The notes: generated by a model from the sequence alone, not told the origin. A stretch of DNA of 64,000 nucleotides from an uncultured cyanobacterium (GCA_963807635.1 CAWEDJ010000036.1:20332-84331); one strand, 5' to 3'; shown: positions 33,399 through 44,429, counted from the stretch's first letter. Made by a program: numbers and translations.

Positions 33399-35198
33399 AT
33401 GTTATTTCCTATTTTGAGTTTTATGTTAGGAGTTATTCTCCTTGTAATTACTATTCTGATTTATCAGGAATCCCCACTCTTTAAACAGCTACCTCTCGTT
33501 AGAAAATTAGCAAATAGTCTCCTATTTTTAGCGGGAAATAGCTTAATCTCCTTAACAGCAATGCTAGGGATTGCTGGTTATTGGAATGTTTTTAATGCTA
33601 GTGATCTAAAGTTTGTCAGAATTATTTTGTTATTAGTTGGCTTGTCGATGAATATCTGGACACTCTTAGACATTTTTGATGAGAATAATTTCCAGGGAAA
33701 GTTCAAAAATGTGGCAAATCTTGAAAAACTTAGCCTTGTTCTAACGGCATTATCAGCGATAACACTTTTCTCGATTTTTCTAGTTGCATTTTTTGACGGA
33801 AATTATGGAGGAGATGCTTTTATGTACCATGTTCCCTTTGCGGCTAGAATGTGGGGGATTATTTCACCAGACAAATATATCTTTGAATATGCGACGGAAC
33901 ATCGTTATTTAGGTTTTCCCCTGTTAGTCCATTGGTTTCAAGGTTTTTTTTGGACTATTTTTAGAAAGCCAGAAGCAACTAACCTAGCCGCTTATTTTAG
34001 TTTAATTGTTCTGATTACCTATCTCAAAAATTATTTAAAGCTTCCTTTCTACTTAGCAACCTTACCCTTGCTTGCCATCCCGATGGTTCATATGCACGCC
34101 AGCAAAAGCTATGTTGACCTATTTGGGAATGTTTTTATTGCAATTTTAATCATTACTTTGTACTTACTTTATAGCAATAAAAAACAACTTGATCGAGTGA
34201 ATTTAGTAATTATTTTTGTAAGTGCTGCGGCGGCGGCGAATTCTAAACATCTACTTGCACCTGTTGTTGCTTTTTTATTAATTTTTGTTATTTATCAAAT
34301 CGTTAAAACTTATTATTTTCAGGTAAAAAATCTACAACAAAAACGTTTAAATTTAGTCAAAATTATTTTGATAGGCGGTTTTGCTTGTATACTGATTTTT
34401 GCTACCCACGTTAAAAACACCATTTTGCATCAAAATCCCTTTTATCCTGTGGAAGTAAGTGTTCTGGGTCATGTGCTGAATCACACGGAACCTCAATCTA
34501 ATTACATGAATCCAGAACTCAGAAAACTTTTACCGCCCGTACGCTGGTTGAAGTCTGCTTTAGAAATCGATGCTTTTGATAAACGTCGGCCTTGGCCTTG
34601 GACTGTTGCAATGGATTTTGTTCCTTTGGAAGATGCGAAGTATGGGATTGGTGGTTATTTTGGGGGTTATTTCGTTTTTAATGTTGTTCTTTTTATCTAT
34701 CTTTGCTGGAGACATAAAACCTATGAAACAAAAGTCGCGATCACTGTAATGATCATTATGACTTTGATGACCTGGGCGTTACCCCAATCCTATGAATTAA
34801 GGTTTTATATGTATTGGATGATTGTTTTTGTTTCTCTGAACTCTTATTTGTTATGTGAATATAATAAGTTAAACAAAAAACGTATTATTAAACCCCAATA
34901 TTTCGCATTGATCGCAATAGTTTTTATGCTCATTTTCATTGATAAAACAGGAAAATTTTTTACCGTTCCACAATTTCAATCCCTCGCTAACCAGATAGAA
35001 AAGGCAGGATGGATAGAACCCAAAATTATTAATCAATTTAAAGAGGGAGATAAAATTTGCCTTGTGGGAAAATCTCCCCACTCTTTTTTATACAATGCCT
35101 ATTTTCATCCTCCTCATAATTATTCTTTAAAGTCTGAATTTGTAGTGAGTAAAGAATTTACAATAGAGCAGTGCGAAAATCGCAAAATTATTCAATAA
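33399..35198 (+). CDS. Polytopic membrane protein, probable GT-C fold glycosyltransferase
   Basis: More than 10 hydrophobic segments; GDAFMYHVPFA loop motif; YVDL; glycan-locus context. Confidence 0.55.
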   Translation: MLFPILSFMLGVILLVITILIYQESPLFKQLPLVRKLANSLLFLAGNSLISLTAMLGIAGYWNVFNASDLKFVRIILLLVGLSMNIWTLLDIFDENNFQGKFKNVANLEKLSLVLTALSAITLFSIFLVAFFDGNYGGDAFMYHVPFAARMWGIISPDKYIFEYATEHRYLGFPLLVHWFQGFFWTIFRKPEATNLAAYFSLIVLITYLKNYLKLPFYLATLPLLAIPMVHMHASKSYVDLFGNVFIAILIITLYLLYSNKKQLDRVNLVIIFVSAAAAANSKHLLAPVVAFLLIFVIYQIVKTYYFQVKNLQQKRLNLVKIILIGGFACILIFATHVKNTILHQNPFYPVEVSVLGHVLNHTEPQSNYMNPELRKLLPPVRWLKSALEIDAFDKRRPWPWTVAMDFVPLEDAKYGIGGYFGGYFVFNVVLFIYLCWRHKTYETKVAITVMIIMTLMTWALPQSYELRFYMYWMIVFVSLNSYLLCEYNKLNKKRIIKPQYFALIAIVFMLIFIDKTGKFFTVPQFQSLANQIEKAGWIEPKIINQFKEGDKICLVGKSPHSFLYNAYFHPPHNYSLKSEFVVSKEFTIEQCENRKIIQ

Positions 35199-35226
35199 AT
35201 TTCCCTTGCTAATTATTGAATAATTT

Positions 35227-37008
35227 TCAGTAAAGTTGATAGATAAAAAGGATTTGATTACTGCTAAAAATAGGGATATTTTTCTGAAGAAAATTTAAGT
35301 TATTTAAAGCAATCTTATTTTCCTTAGATTCTCTAACTAGCTGTTGCATAACTTCACTGTCGATTAACAAGTATTTATACTTTGACTCATTAACCAGTGA
35401 TTTGAAAGGATCGAATAAAGGCGTATTATAATAGGTTTCCATCTCCAGGGGATAATTAAATTTTTTACTAAAAGTTTCTAAATACTCATTCACTCCACCA
35501 AAAACAGAAAAAGTTCTTCCGATTAAAATATTATCATTTTTGGACGGTAATCGTTTTTCAGTAATTAAATATTCAGCAACCCTTAAGTGTTCTTGACCCC
35601 AATTCAGGGTTGAATCATTGGTAAATTGCCATTTATCTTTTGTCCAAAAAAAGTTAACATAACTAAGGGATTGGGAGATTCCCGCAATGCCAAAAACAAT
35701 ATACAAAGTTAAACAAAAGCTTAAGAATAATTTCTGTGGTTTCGTTTTAATCACGACGGTTGCGATCGCGAGTAAGGTATAAATAAAAATCAACACGGGA
35801 TAAAAGTGTCGATACCCGATGACAAAACGGCTACTTCTCGCCAGGAAAAAATATAAAACGGGATAAATACCCAGCACAAATCCCAGGGCAACGATTAAAA
35901 TCATCTGTTGCGATCGCATTACTTTGGAGAGTTTATTCAGAGCATTCTCTTTTTTTATGCTTGTGAAGAGTGTTTTGAGTAAAACTACAATCAAAAAAAT
36001 TGCCAGTAGGAATAATGCTGGATTTTCCTTATACCAAAAAATTCTACTAATATATTCTCCATAGTTAATTGGAATAAAATTACCATTCCAAAAAGGTTCT
36101 TTAACAATATCCACTACCATACTTCTCGTTTTTAATGCCCCTTGAAAGAATCGACCGACATTAGCAAAAAAAGACTGGTTAGGGAAACTACCAAAGGCGT
36201 AGTGATATAAAATGGCAATAAAGATCGGTTGTATCAATAGGCTCATTCCACTGAGAAGACCAAAGCGGGAAAGAAATTTAAAATCGCCTTTTTTATAAAG
36301 ATAAAATGCCGTTAACCCATAGGTAATAATCACAATCGGCAGTAAAATTAGATTGCTAAATTTGACATTAATGGCACAAAATAAAAATAATGTAATGGTA
36401 ACAAATTGAAAAATTAAGCCCTTATTAGACCATTGCTCAAGAAAAGCGATCGTCATGGCTAGGGAAAGAACCGTGAGTAGAGCAAAAATGGATGTACTGG
36501 AATCAAAGGTAATTAAAAAATCATGACTATAAAAGCTAGGAGAAAAGATAAATAAAATTGCTAGGGTAATCGAAATTCTAGAACGGATTTTTTTAATAAT
36601 GTATGTATAGGTAAATAACCAAAATAATAAGGCACTATTACACAGTAGATAGGTGAACCTAGAGACAAAGATGATTTTTTCAAAATCAGGTGGAGAAGCT
36701 TTGAGAAACCTCAGTCCCATTTCGTAGGGAGCTAAATTAACCTGTAGATGATTTAAAGGATTAATTTCAGGAAGGGTAACGGGATGATTGGGAAAAGTAA
36801 AGGATAATACGAGAGAATTAAGAACTTTTAGAAGTAAGGGATGTTCAAGATTGTATCCTAATCCTTTTTGATAAAAATAAGCCGTTCCAATATAGGCTGG
36901 CTCATCGGAAGTTAAAGCATTGGTATTGATGAGATAACATCCCAAAATAAAATAGGTTATGATTAATAAACTAAAAAATAGTGGCTCAAAAGACTTTGTT
37001 AATTTCAT
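35227..37008 (-). CDS. ArnT/PMT-like (GT-C) membrane glycosyltransferase
   Basis: LTSDEPAYI and NLEHPLLLK after the first TM helix; KFS; DSTLNWGQ. Confidence 0.7.
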   Translation of the reverse strand: MKLTKSFEPLFFSLLIITYFILGCYLINTNALTSDEPAYIGTAYFYQKGLGYNLEHPLLLKVLNSLVLSFTFPNHPVTLPEINPLNHLQVNLAPYEMGLRFLKASPPDFEKIIFVSRFTYLLCNSALLFWLFTYTYIIKKIRSRISITLAILFIFSPSFYSHDFLITFDSSTSIFALLTVLSLAMTIAFLEQWSNKGLIFQFVTITLFLFCAINVKFSNLILLPIVIITYGLTAFYLYKKGDFKFLSRFGLLSGMSLLIQPIFIAILYHYAFGSFPNQSFFANVGRFFQGALKTRSMVVDIVKEPFWNGNFIPINYGEYISRIFWYKENPALFLLAIFLIVVLLKTLFTSIKKENALNKLSKVMRSQQMILIVALGFVLGIYPVLYFFLARSSRFVIGYRHFYPVLIFIYTLLAIATVVIKTKPQKLFLSFCLTLYIVFGIAGISQSLSYVNFFWTKDKWQFTNDSTLNWGQEHLRVAEYLITEKRLPSKNDNILIGRTFSVFGGVNEYLETFSKKFNYPLEMETYYNTPLFDPFKSLVNESKYKYLLIDSEVMQQLVRESKENKIALNNLNFLQKNIPIFSSNQILFIYQLY

Positions 37009-37167
37009 TGTTGTAACTATTATAATTTTATTAATTTATCACAGGTTAAGCTAAAAAATTAATCAAGCTATAGTGGCATTTACATAAATAAAGTATTCTC
37101 GATTTTTATAAACAAGGGGTTTAAAACCCTTGCCTGTCTTTTATTAAATTGCACAATGATTTATCAT

Positions 37168-39615
37168 TTAGAGGATGTGAGTCATTTTCTTCTGTTCATT
37201 ATTTTTTAAGACTGTCTTGTTTAAAATAGCCATTGAAATAATTCCTAGCCAACCTAACAAACTAATCCAATTAGCCCAGGTGAGTCCGACAAATTTAACC
37301 TTAATTTGATATTGACCTGGGGTTAATTTTATCCCAAGAAGGTTGAAGTCACGATAGTTTACAGGAAATCCTTGGACTTGTTGATTATTGACCCATATTT
37401 TTAACATGCGAGGATAGTAAAGAACGGGTAATTGGGCAATGCCTGTGCCATTTTGGACAGTTATATCACAAGAAGTAATACTGCCTTTTTGTTGGCACAT
37501 TTTTTGGGTTTCTTGTACGGAAGTTACGGTATTTTCAGGGGATAATCCTTCTAGTCGAAATTGTTTCATGCGAATCGATAGGGGCGTACCATCTTTGGTT
37601 TTTCCTTCTATCAAAAATTTCAATCCAAAAGTATTCATATGGTTAGGAAGTTGGACATTTTTTAAGGGAATTTTAGTGATTAATTCTCGTTGAGTGAGCG
37701 GAATCGATGCCAAGGTGTTGCCATTTAGTTGAACCAACAAATTGGCTTTATCTTCAATATTTTCCATATAAACTTCCCCCCTAAGAGAAAGAACGGGCTT
37801 TTCTTGGGGTTGCCATTTAGGGTAATAAATTTCAGGGCCAAATATCAAAGCATTATTCAAAAAGCTGTCCCATTCGGAATAACCTGGTATCCATTTGTTC
37901 GGTAAAAAATGTAAATCGGTATTGCCATATAGAATTTCGGGTTCTTTACGATAAAGGTAATCTAAGGCTCCTGAATAGCGGAATAGGGGTTCTTTCATGA
38001 CTTCATCAACGGTGATGGTTCCCTTGGGAATTAGTAACCAGGGACGAGCGATCATCACAATCATTAAAATGCCGAAAATGAGGTGGCGACGGTCTAATTT
38101 TTGTCGAAAGATCAATAGGATAGCAAAAGCGGTAAGTAAACTGCCCGTCCACATGACATGGGTGAGAAAGCGGAAGGGAAATTGAGTTACCCATAGTTGT
38201 CGGGGTAGAAGTTCCCAGATGTTGGCAGGACTCCAGGTGAGTAAAAAAGTAATGAGAAAAATAGTTAGTAAAGCTACGAGAGTCGGTTTAGCGGATTGTA
38301 AGCGTAAATTTAACTTTATTTTAGAAAAGCTGTAGTAAAGCACTGTCCCCCAGGCAATGAGAAAAATCCATCCAACGGCGGGGTGTAAGCCATAGGTGGG
38401 AGCAAGACCTAATTCAGTCGGTTCGGGAGGAAGGGAAGTAGGGGAAAGTAAATTCGCGAGGGGAGTTAGCCATCGACTATAGAAGGGATTGCCCTGGTCA
38501 ATCTGTTGACGAATGGATAAACTGGCTGATTCTAGGACAACGGGGGCGAGAAAATACAATGCTAATAACCAACCCCAAACATAGGCGATCGCGAGTCGCA
38601 CTAAATCCTTTAAAGGAGCTTGGGATAAACGGGAGATGATTAAGATCAAACTAAAAACAAAAATTGTGCTGTAGATAAAAGTAATGACATGGGTTGTAGC
38701 CAAGGCAAACCAACTCACTGCACTGAGTAATAAACTATTAACATTGGGTTTTCGATAGAGTTTAAAAACATAGAAAAGGACAATCGGTAAAATTCCCTGG
38801 GCGATCGCTTCAGTAAACGCTCCTCTGGCATGAACATTAATCAAAAAATAGGGAGCGGCCATATAGGAAACCCCTGCTAAAATTGCCGCAATGCGATAAC
38901 GGGTCAGTCCTAATGCCAAACGATAGATAAAAATTCCCCCTACCCACAATGCTAACCAGAGCATCATTTTGTAGGCATTGTATGGATTAGTAGGAGTGAT
39001 AAATTTGTAGATGATAGCCCCCAGGGTGTAAGGAAGCTGACTATAAAATTGAAAGGACGGATAACGAAAACCAAAGTCTTCGAGGGGAGCGACTCGGATA
39101 GGAAATTGACCTTCTTCTAGGGCCATTTTAGCCTGAATAACATAGGCGAGATGGGAGGTATGATCATTGGTTAAAATCACCCGTGAAGAAGCCATTGGAG
39201 CCATTAAAGAAAAAGCGACAATTCCTAACAACAGACAAACTAATAAAAAACTTCGATTACGATAACAGTAGGATTTTATAATATTGAAAAAGGCTATGAT
39301 TTTAAAGCTTTTTAATATAGCTAATATTTCTTCTCGAAAAACACTGATTAAAAGAATAAAGCTACCAATAAATAAATTACGGCGAATTCCTTGTAAATGA
39401 TTGCCATCAATTACGGCTTCAATTAATTTTAAATAACCGACAATACCAAGACTAAGGGCTGAACAAATAAAAATCCAGGCTAACCACAGTAAAGGTTCTT
39501 TTTTATGGATTGTTAATGGAGAAAGTTGTTTAAAGAGACCAATTTCTTGATAAAAAAGGTAAAAAATCAGGATTAAAACTAAAGATAGGGCAAGGCTCAG
39601 GAGGGGAATTACCAT
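37168..39615 (-). CDS. Large membrane protein, YfhO / PTPS-related (GT-C-like)
   Basis: NDHTSH, GFRYPSFQFYSQLPY, ARGAFTE, TQFPFRFL, LPVLYYP and a final TM helix. Confidence 0.65.
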   Translation of the reverse strand: MVIPLLSLALSLVLILIFYLFYQEIGLFKQLSPLTIHKKEPLLWLAWIFICSALSLGIVGYLKLIEAVIDGNHLQGIRRNLFIGSFILLISVFREEILAILKSFKIIAFFNIIKSYCYRNRSFLLVCLLLGIVAFSLMAPMASSRVILTNDHTSHLAYVIQAKMALEEGQFPIRVAPLEDFGFRYPSFQFYSQLPYTLGAIIYKFITPTNPYNAYKMMLWLALWVGGIFIYRLALGLTRYRIAAILAGVSYMAAPYFLINVHARGAFTEAIAQGILPIVLFYVFKLYRKPNVNSLLLSAVSWFALATTHVITFIYSTIFVFSLILIISRLSQAPLKDLVRLAIAYVWGWLLALYFLAPVVLESASLSIRQQIDQGNPFYSRWLTPLANLLSPTSLPPEPTELGLAPTYGLHPAVGWIFLIAWGTVLYYSFSKIKLNLRLQSAKPTLVALLTIFLITFLLTWSPANIWELLPRQLWVTQFPFRFLTHVMWTGSLLTAFAILLIFRQKLDRRHLIFGILMIVMIARPWLLIPKGTITVDEVMKEPLFRYSGALDYLYRKEPEILYGNTDLHFLPNKWIPGYSEWDSFLNNALIFGPEIYYPKWQPQEKPVLSLRGEVYMENIEDKANLLVQLNGNTLASIPLTQRELITKIPLKNVQLPNHMNTFGLKFLIEGKTKDGTPLSIRMKQFRLEGLSPENTVTSVQETQKMCQQKGSITSCDITVQNGTGIAQLPVLYYPRMLKIWVNNQQVQGFPVNYRDFNLLGIKLTPGQYQIKVKFVGLTWANWISLLGWLGIISMAILNKTVLKNNEQKKMTHIL

Positions 39616-39849
39616 AGAAAAATAAAAATAGTCACAGGATTTGTGAGCATTAAACTATTGATAGAGTTCCAAAAAAAATATCAGGTCAATGCTCGGTTCG
39701 GGTATCAATTAGAATAACTTAAAAAGGGATACGCGCCTTTTCATTTCCCTTCCTTTAGTCTTCTCCATCCATTTCTGACCCTACGGAGTGGCAACAATGA
39801 TATAGTCAGGGTATTTTTGATTGTCTGCCTAATTTTCGGGAATAACCCT

Positions 39850-40761
39850 ATGGAAAAAATACTGAAACAGTTACGCCGTAAGTTATTTGGTCTGGATGAA
39901 CAGGAAGCCGCTTTTCTTCGGGCGATCGCCGACACCAATGAACAAATCAGCAACCTGCAAAAATCCTTGGATGACCTGTACCACAATTACAGCCGTACTC
40001 TGGTTGAAATCACTGGCAAGCAACACCCTGACACGAAAATTAGCTGTGTGATTAATGATGTCCCCCTCCAGGTTCCCTTGGGAATTTTGCGAGCCTACGG
40101 TCACTGTCTGCAAATGTGTCCCAAGTCGAGTCTGACCTATTATGTGGAAGACCACTGTGTTAGCTGGTTATCCCAACAACTTAAAGCAGGAGATATCTTT
40201 CTCGATGTTGGAGCCGCCTATGGGGTGATTAGTCTGCCCCTCGCCTCAGTGGTGGGAAATACAGGAAAAGTTTATGCCTTTGAACCCGCTAGACAAACCC
40301 GCAATAGCCTACAGTCCTTAATTACTGATAATCATCTGGATAACATCACCGTTGTTCCCAAGGCGATCGCCGATCAAGTGGGGACAGCAGAATTTATTGA
40401 ATACAGCACAGATAATCCCTTTTCCTGGGCCGCAGACACTTCCACCCTTGCTCAGGACGTTAATCCTAATCTAGAAAATTATTCAACCTATAGTGTCGAA
40501 ATCACAACCATTGATGAGTTTGTGCAAGAGCAAAATATTAAACCCCAGGCAATCAAAATTGATATTGAAGGCTTTGAGCTTTATTCACTACATGGAGCGA
40601 GTCATACCCTAAAAACCCTAAAACCTTTCCTTTGTATCGATATTCATGAAGATGTCAAAACCAAACAATCGGCCCTATTAGGAGTTCAACCTTTACTCGA
40701 AAGTTGGGGCTATGAATGTCGCATGGATGAACATACACTTTTTGCCAGTCCGAAGGGCTAA
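39850..40761 (+). CDS. FkbM-family methyltransferase with short N-terminal coiled coil
   Basis: FLDVGAAYG, VYAFEP, ITTIDEF, IKIDIEGFE. Confidence 0.88.
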   Translation: MEKILKQLRRKLFGLDEQEAAFLRAIADTNEQISNLQKSLDDLYHNYSRTLVEITGKQHPDTKISCVINDVPLQVPLGILRAYGHCLQMCPKSSLTYYVEDHCVSWLSQQLKAGDIFLDVGAAYGVISLPLASVVGNTGKVYAFEPARQTRNSLQSLITDNHLDNITVVPKAIADQVGTAEFIEYSTDNPFSWAADTSTLAQDVNPNLENYSTYSVEITTIDEFVQEQNIKPQAIKIDIEGFELYSLHGASHTLKTLKPFLCIDIHEDVKTKQSALLGVQPLLESWGYECRMDEHTLFASPKG

Positions 40762-40769
40762 GAAAAAAC

Positions 40770-40840
40770 GCGATCGCAAGGCGGCACTGCGTGATCGCAA
40801 GGCGGCACTGCGTGATCGCAAGGCGGCACTGCATGATCGC
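40770..40840. repeat. 21-bp tandem repeat, ~3.3 copies, anchored at a HIP1 site
   Basis: GATCGCAAGGCGGCACTGC(G/A)T with GATCGC at 40772, 40793, 40814 and 40835. Confidence 0.9.
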
Positions 40841-40878
40841 GACTATCCTCGTAGTAAACATCACTAACTTTTTTTCCT

Positions 40879-42084
40879 ATGACGACTCTTCCCCTAAGCT
40901 GGACAGAACTAGAAGCTCTCACCGACTTTTCGATTGACCCCATCAATGGACTAACCAATTCCCAAGCCCGATTACGTCTATTTGGCCGCCCCGAATCCGA
41001 AGTGCGGGTGACACTCTACCGCGATCACCATGCCTGGTGTCCCTACTGTCAAAAAATCTGGTTGTGGTTAGAGGAAAAACAAATTCCCTACCGCATCGAA
41101 AAAGTGACCATGTTTTGTTATGGGGAAAAGGAAAAATGGTATAAACGCAAAGTGCCTTCGGGAATGTTACCCGCCATTGAACTAGATGGACGCATTATCA
41201 CCGAAAGCGATGATATTTTGATCGCCCTAGAACGGGAATTTGGAGTCCTAGTTTGGGGCATGGAAAATCCCAAGGTGATTCCCCTGCGCCGACTGGAAAG
41301 ATTGTTGTTTCGTGGCTGGTGTTCCTGGCTTTGTTATCCTGCCAGATCTAAGCAAGAGGAGCAAAATAATCGTAAACAATTTGCGGCGATCGTTGCCCAG
41401 GTAGAAGAGGCTCTAGCCCGAACAAAAGGTGCTTACTTTTTAGAAGAATTCAGTACGGTCGATGTGATTTTCACGCCGTACGTCGAACGGATGAATGCTA
41501 GTCTTTTTTATTACAAAGGTTATTCATTACGGGAAGAAAATCCACACTTTTCGGCGTGGTTTGATGCAATGGAGAGCCGTCCGACCTACCGAGGAACCCA
41601 AAGCGATTTTCATACCCATGTTCATGACTTACCGCCCCAGATGGGAGGTTGTTGGGAAAATGGTGAACCCCAGATGTTAATTAATAAATCACGGGTCGAT
41701 CATGGCCCCTGGTTCGGATTGCCCGATGTGACCTATCCAGAGCCAGAAAATTCCCGTGCTGAAGCTCTCCAACGGGTTATTAAGCATCATGTCAATATTA
41801 TTCGGGTTAATCCTGCCGATAATGAGCTTTTTGATCAAGCTTTGCGGTGTGCTTTAACTCATATGATCACAGACGAAATCTGTCAGCCACCATCGAGTTC
41901 GGATTCTGCTCTGCGTTATCTCCGCGATCGCATTAGTGTGCCGAGGGATATGTCGGTCTATGCGGCCAAACGTCTGCGAGAATCCCTAGAATTTACGGCC
42001 AACCTAGTGGGAAATGCCCAGGGAGCCGCGATCGCGCTCAAGCACCGCAGAGACCAAGATCCTGCTAATTTTGCCAACAGTTAA
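40879..42084 (+). CDS. Glutathione S-transferase family protein
   Basis: [24 protein letters not shown]. Confidence 0.88.
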   Translation: MTTLPLSWTELEALTDFSIDPINGLTNSQARLRLFGRPESEVRVTLYRDHHAWCPYCQKIWLWLEEKQIPYRIEKVTMFCYGEKEKWYKRKVPSGMLPAIELDGRIITESDDILIALEREFGVLVWGMENPKVIPLRRLERLLFRGWCSWLCYPARSKQEEQNNRKQFAAIVAQVEEALARTKGAYFLEEFSTVDVIFTPYVERMNASLFYYKGYSLREENPHFSAWFDAMESRPTYRGTQSDFHTHVHDLPPQMGGCWENGEPQMLINKSRVDHGPWFGLPDVTYPEPENSRAEALQRVIKHHVNIIRVNPADNELFDQALRCALTHMITDEICQPPSSSDSALRYLRDRISVPRDMSVYAAKRLRESLEFTANLVGNAQGAAIALKHRRDQDPANFANS

Positions 42085-42286
42085 GACATTTACAGCACTT
42101 TTTCAATCAATTCTATGTAGGGACACAATAGATTATGTCCTTACAAAATTTTTGTGGATAGTAATATTAATCTAAACTGAAAACATAGCAGATATTCTCA
42201 AGAAAATTTTGTAGGGGCGTAAAGCTTGCGCAAAAAAAAATCTCAATGTCGGCCGTAAAATCGAATTTTTTAATAATAAATAAATT

Positions 42287-43546
42287 ATGTTTACCACTAT
42301 CCGTCATGGTTTCAATCAATTTTTAAACAAGTCACGAACCATCAAAAATGAACCCTTAAATAAGGTTAGTTTGATTGTGGTCATTCTCGTGGATATTTTT
42401 ATCTTAGTCAATGTTTTTACAGGATTAAATGATATTAGTCAATGGCCCATCAGTCCTTCCCAAAGCTATCCCTGTTATGACCAATGGCAGGGTTATCATA
42501 ATAAAACGCTTCCTAATAAACATTATGAGATACTCCGACAGGCTATTTCTCCCAATCTTGATAGAAAAAACAGCTTAGAAGAAGCTTTTCACCAAGGAGA
42601 AAAAGGTCATTTAGGAAATGTTAATGAAGTTTGTTTAACCTATGCTCAATCTCAAGATAAGGTTAATCATTCCGATAATCAAAAAATTATTTCTAGCATT
42701 GATCAAACGAATCTTAAAATCAATAATCTCGAACAAGCTAATCAAACCATTCGCTCCGAATATGATTCTACTTTACTCGAAAAAATCGCGGGTCAATCCC
42801 AAGAAAAATCCATTAATCAAACCAGCGCAGAAAAAGCCAAACAACAGTTAACCGAAAATGACCTCAAAATTACTGCTCTTCAGCAAGAACTCAATACTTT
42901 AAAACAACAACTTTTAAATAAACCAGAAAGTATTCAATTTATTGATTTTCTTAATCAAACGGAATCGTTTAACACAGTTCAAAAAGGTCATGCTAACGCC
43001 ACTTTTTGGTATCCCAGCATTCAGTTTTTCTTCCAAGCTCTTTTTCTCGTTACCTTAATTGCGATCGCGCTTTTAGTACATAATTTTGCCCAGAACAAAG
43101 GTTACGGATTAATTGCCCTAATCAGTTGGCATCTGCTGGTTATTTTCCTTATTCCACTTGTTTTAAAAGTCTTTGAATTTCTGCAAATTGGCTTCATCTT
43201 TAAACTGCTTTTTGATTTTATCCAAGCGGTCTTTGGTGGATTACTCTTTCTTATTAGCTATCTCTATATTTTGGTAATTCCCCTCATTGGTTTTGGGATC
43301 ATTAAATTTTTCCAAACGATTGTTTTCAATCCCAAGGGCCAGGCCGCTAATCGATTTCAAAACTCCCGTTGCGTCCAATGCGCGAAGAAAATTCGTCCTC
43401 AAGATGCCCACTGTCCCCATTGTGGTGAATATCAGTATATGGAATGTGGAAATTGTCATGAACTGACCTATAAGCACTTGCCTTATTGCAAACACTGTGG
43501 CACATCTCAATCAGTCGTTTTTTCGGCAACTTCTGAAGAAGGGTAA
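42287..43546 (+). CDS. Hypothetical membrane protein with coiled-coil loop and C-terminal double zinc ribbon
   Basis: N-terminal TM, Q/N-rich helical region, about three further TMs, four CxxC motifs (CVQC, CPHC, CGNC, CKHC). Confidence 0.7.
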   Translation: MFTTIRHGFNQFLNKSRTIKNEPLNKVSLIVVILVDIFILVNVFTGLNDISQWPISPSQSYPCYDQWQGYHNKTLPNKHYEILRQAISPNLDRKNSLEEAFHQGEKGHLGNVNEVCLTYAQSQDKVNHSDNQKIISSIDQTNLKINNLEQANQTIRSEYDSTLLEKIAGQSQEKSINQTSAEKAKQQLTENDLKITALQQELNTLKQQLLNKPESIQFIDFLNQTESFNTVQKGHANATFWYPSIQFFFQALFLVTLIAIALLVHNFAQNKGYGLIALISWHLLVIFLIPLVLKVFEFLQIGFIFKLLFDFIQAVFGGLLFLISYLYILVIPLIGFGIIKFFQTIVFNPKGQAANRFQNSRCVQCAKKIRPQDAHCPHCGEYQYMECGNCHELTYKHLPYCKHCGTSQSVVFSATSEEG

Positions 43547-43631
43547 ACGAATTGTATAATTAAAACATCACTGACTTTCCTTAGTGGCACGAGTCTTATT
43601 AAAAGTTTTTTAATCTAGTATGGGTATAATT

Positions 43632-43719
43632 CCCCGCCCCTTGGGGCGAAAAATATAAACTTGCAATGGAAACCAAGGGTTTGCGAGCAAACGATTTCCA
43701 TACCCCGCCCCTTGGGGCG
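43632..43719. mobile_element. Palindrome-pair element, probably an IS200/IS605-derived non-autonomous unit
   Basis: Two direct copies of the hairpin CCCCGCCCCTTGGGGCG at 43632-43648 and 43703-43719. Confidence 0.55.
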
Positions 43720-43751
43720 GAACTTTTTTGATTACTAACGAGGTAAAGAAA

Positions 43752-44429
43752 ATGCCCACTCAAGTTTCACAAGATCACGAAGGCCAAGCATCAATTGTTA
43801 AAAAATATAAACAATATAGAAAAGTTGGTAAGGATTTGGTTCAAAAAATTTTAGAAAAGTTTTTAGATAATCAAAGTCTCCGATTTGCTGGTCGTTTAAT
43901 GGGGATTATGCAACAAAAAACTTTTATGCTTGAAGAAGAAGAGGATATGGATTTTGTTATGGACTTTTGCTTATTTGAATATCAAGTTAATGGAAAACCT
44001 TTTTGCCAAAGATATCAAGAGGAAGTTTTTACATTAGATGAAATAGAAGCTAGAATAATCCAAGCAAATCTCCTAGCTTATTCTTCCTTGTTTACCATTC
44101 TTGAAACCGACCCTGAAAATGCTAGTATAACTCTGAGTGATCTTTTCAATGATGGCAAAGAAATTAAAATAATTGACATTAATCTCAGTCAAACATCTCA
44201 AGCTGGAATTTTAATATTTACTAGAATTGTCCCTTTTGCTGACTTTAATATGACTTCTGGTATATTTTGCGTTTTTCCTGCAAATTCGGAAAGAGCGTTG
44301 TTAAAAAAAGTTAAAATAATGATGAAAAAAGTTAAATCGGAAATTGAGTCGGTTCAGAGATTTGTTGCTTTCTTTAAGCTAAATAAAAAACAAGGATTAA
44401 ACCGAAAAGCGACCAGTAACTGGGGTTAG
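43752..44429 (+). CDS. Hypothetical protein
   Basis: AT-rich 225-codon ORF with GAGG upstream of the ATG; no recognised motif. Confidence 0.65.
   Translation: MPTQVSQDHEGQASIVKKYKQYRKVGKDLVQKILEKFLDNQSLRFAGRLMGIMQQKTFMLEEEEDMDFVMDFCLFEYQVNGKPFCQRYQEEVFTLDEIEARIIQANLLAYSSLFTILETDPENASITLSDLFNDGKEIKIIDINLSQTSQAGILIFTRIVPFADFNMTSGIFCVFPANSERALLKKVKIMMKKVKSEIESVQRFVAFFKLNKKQGLNRKATSNWG

Noticed and set aside
40770..40840. Possible CRISPR array
   Set aside because: Units are contiguous with no unique spacers and no cas genes are in the window.
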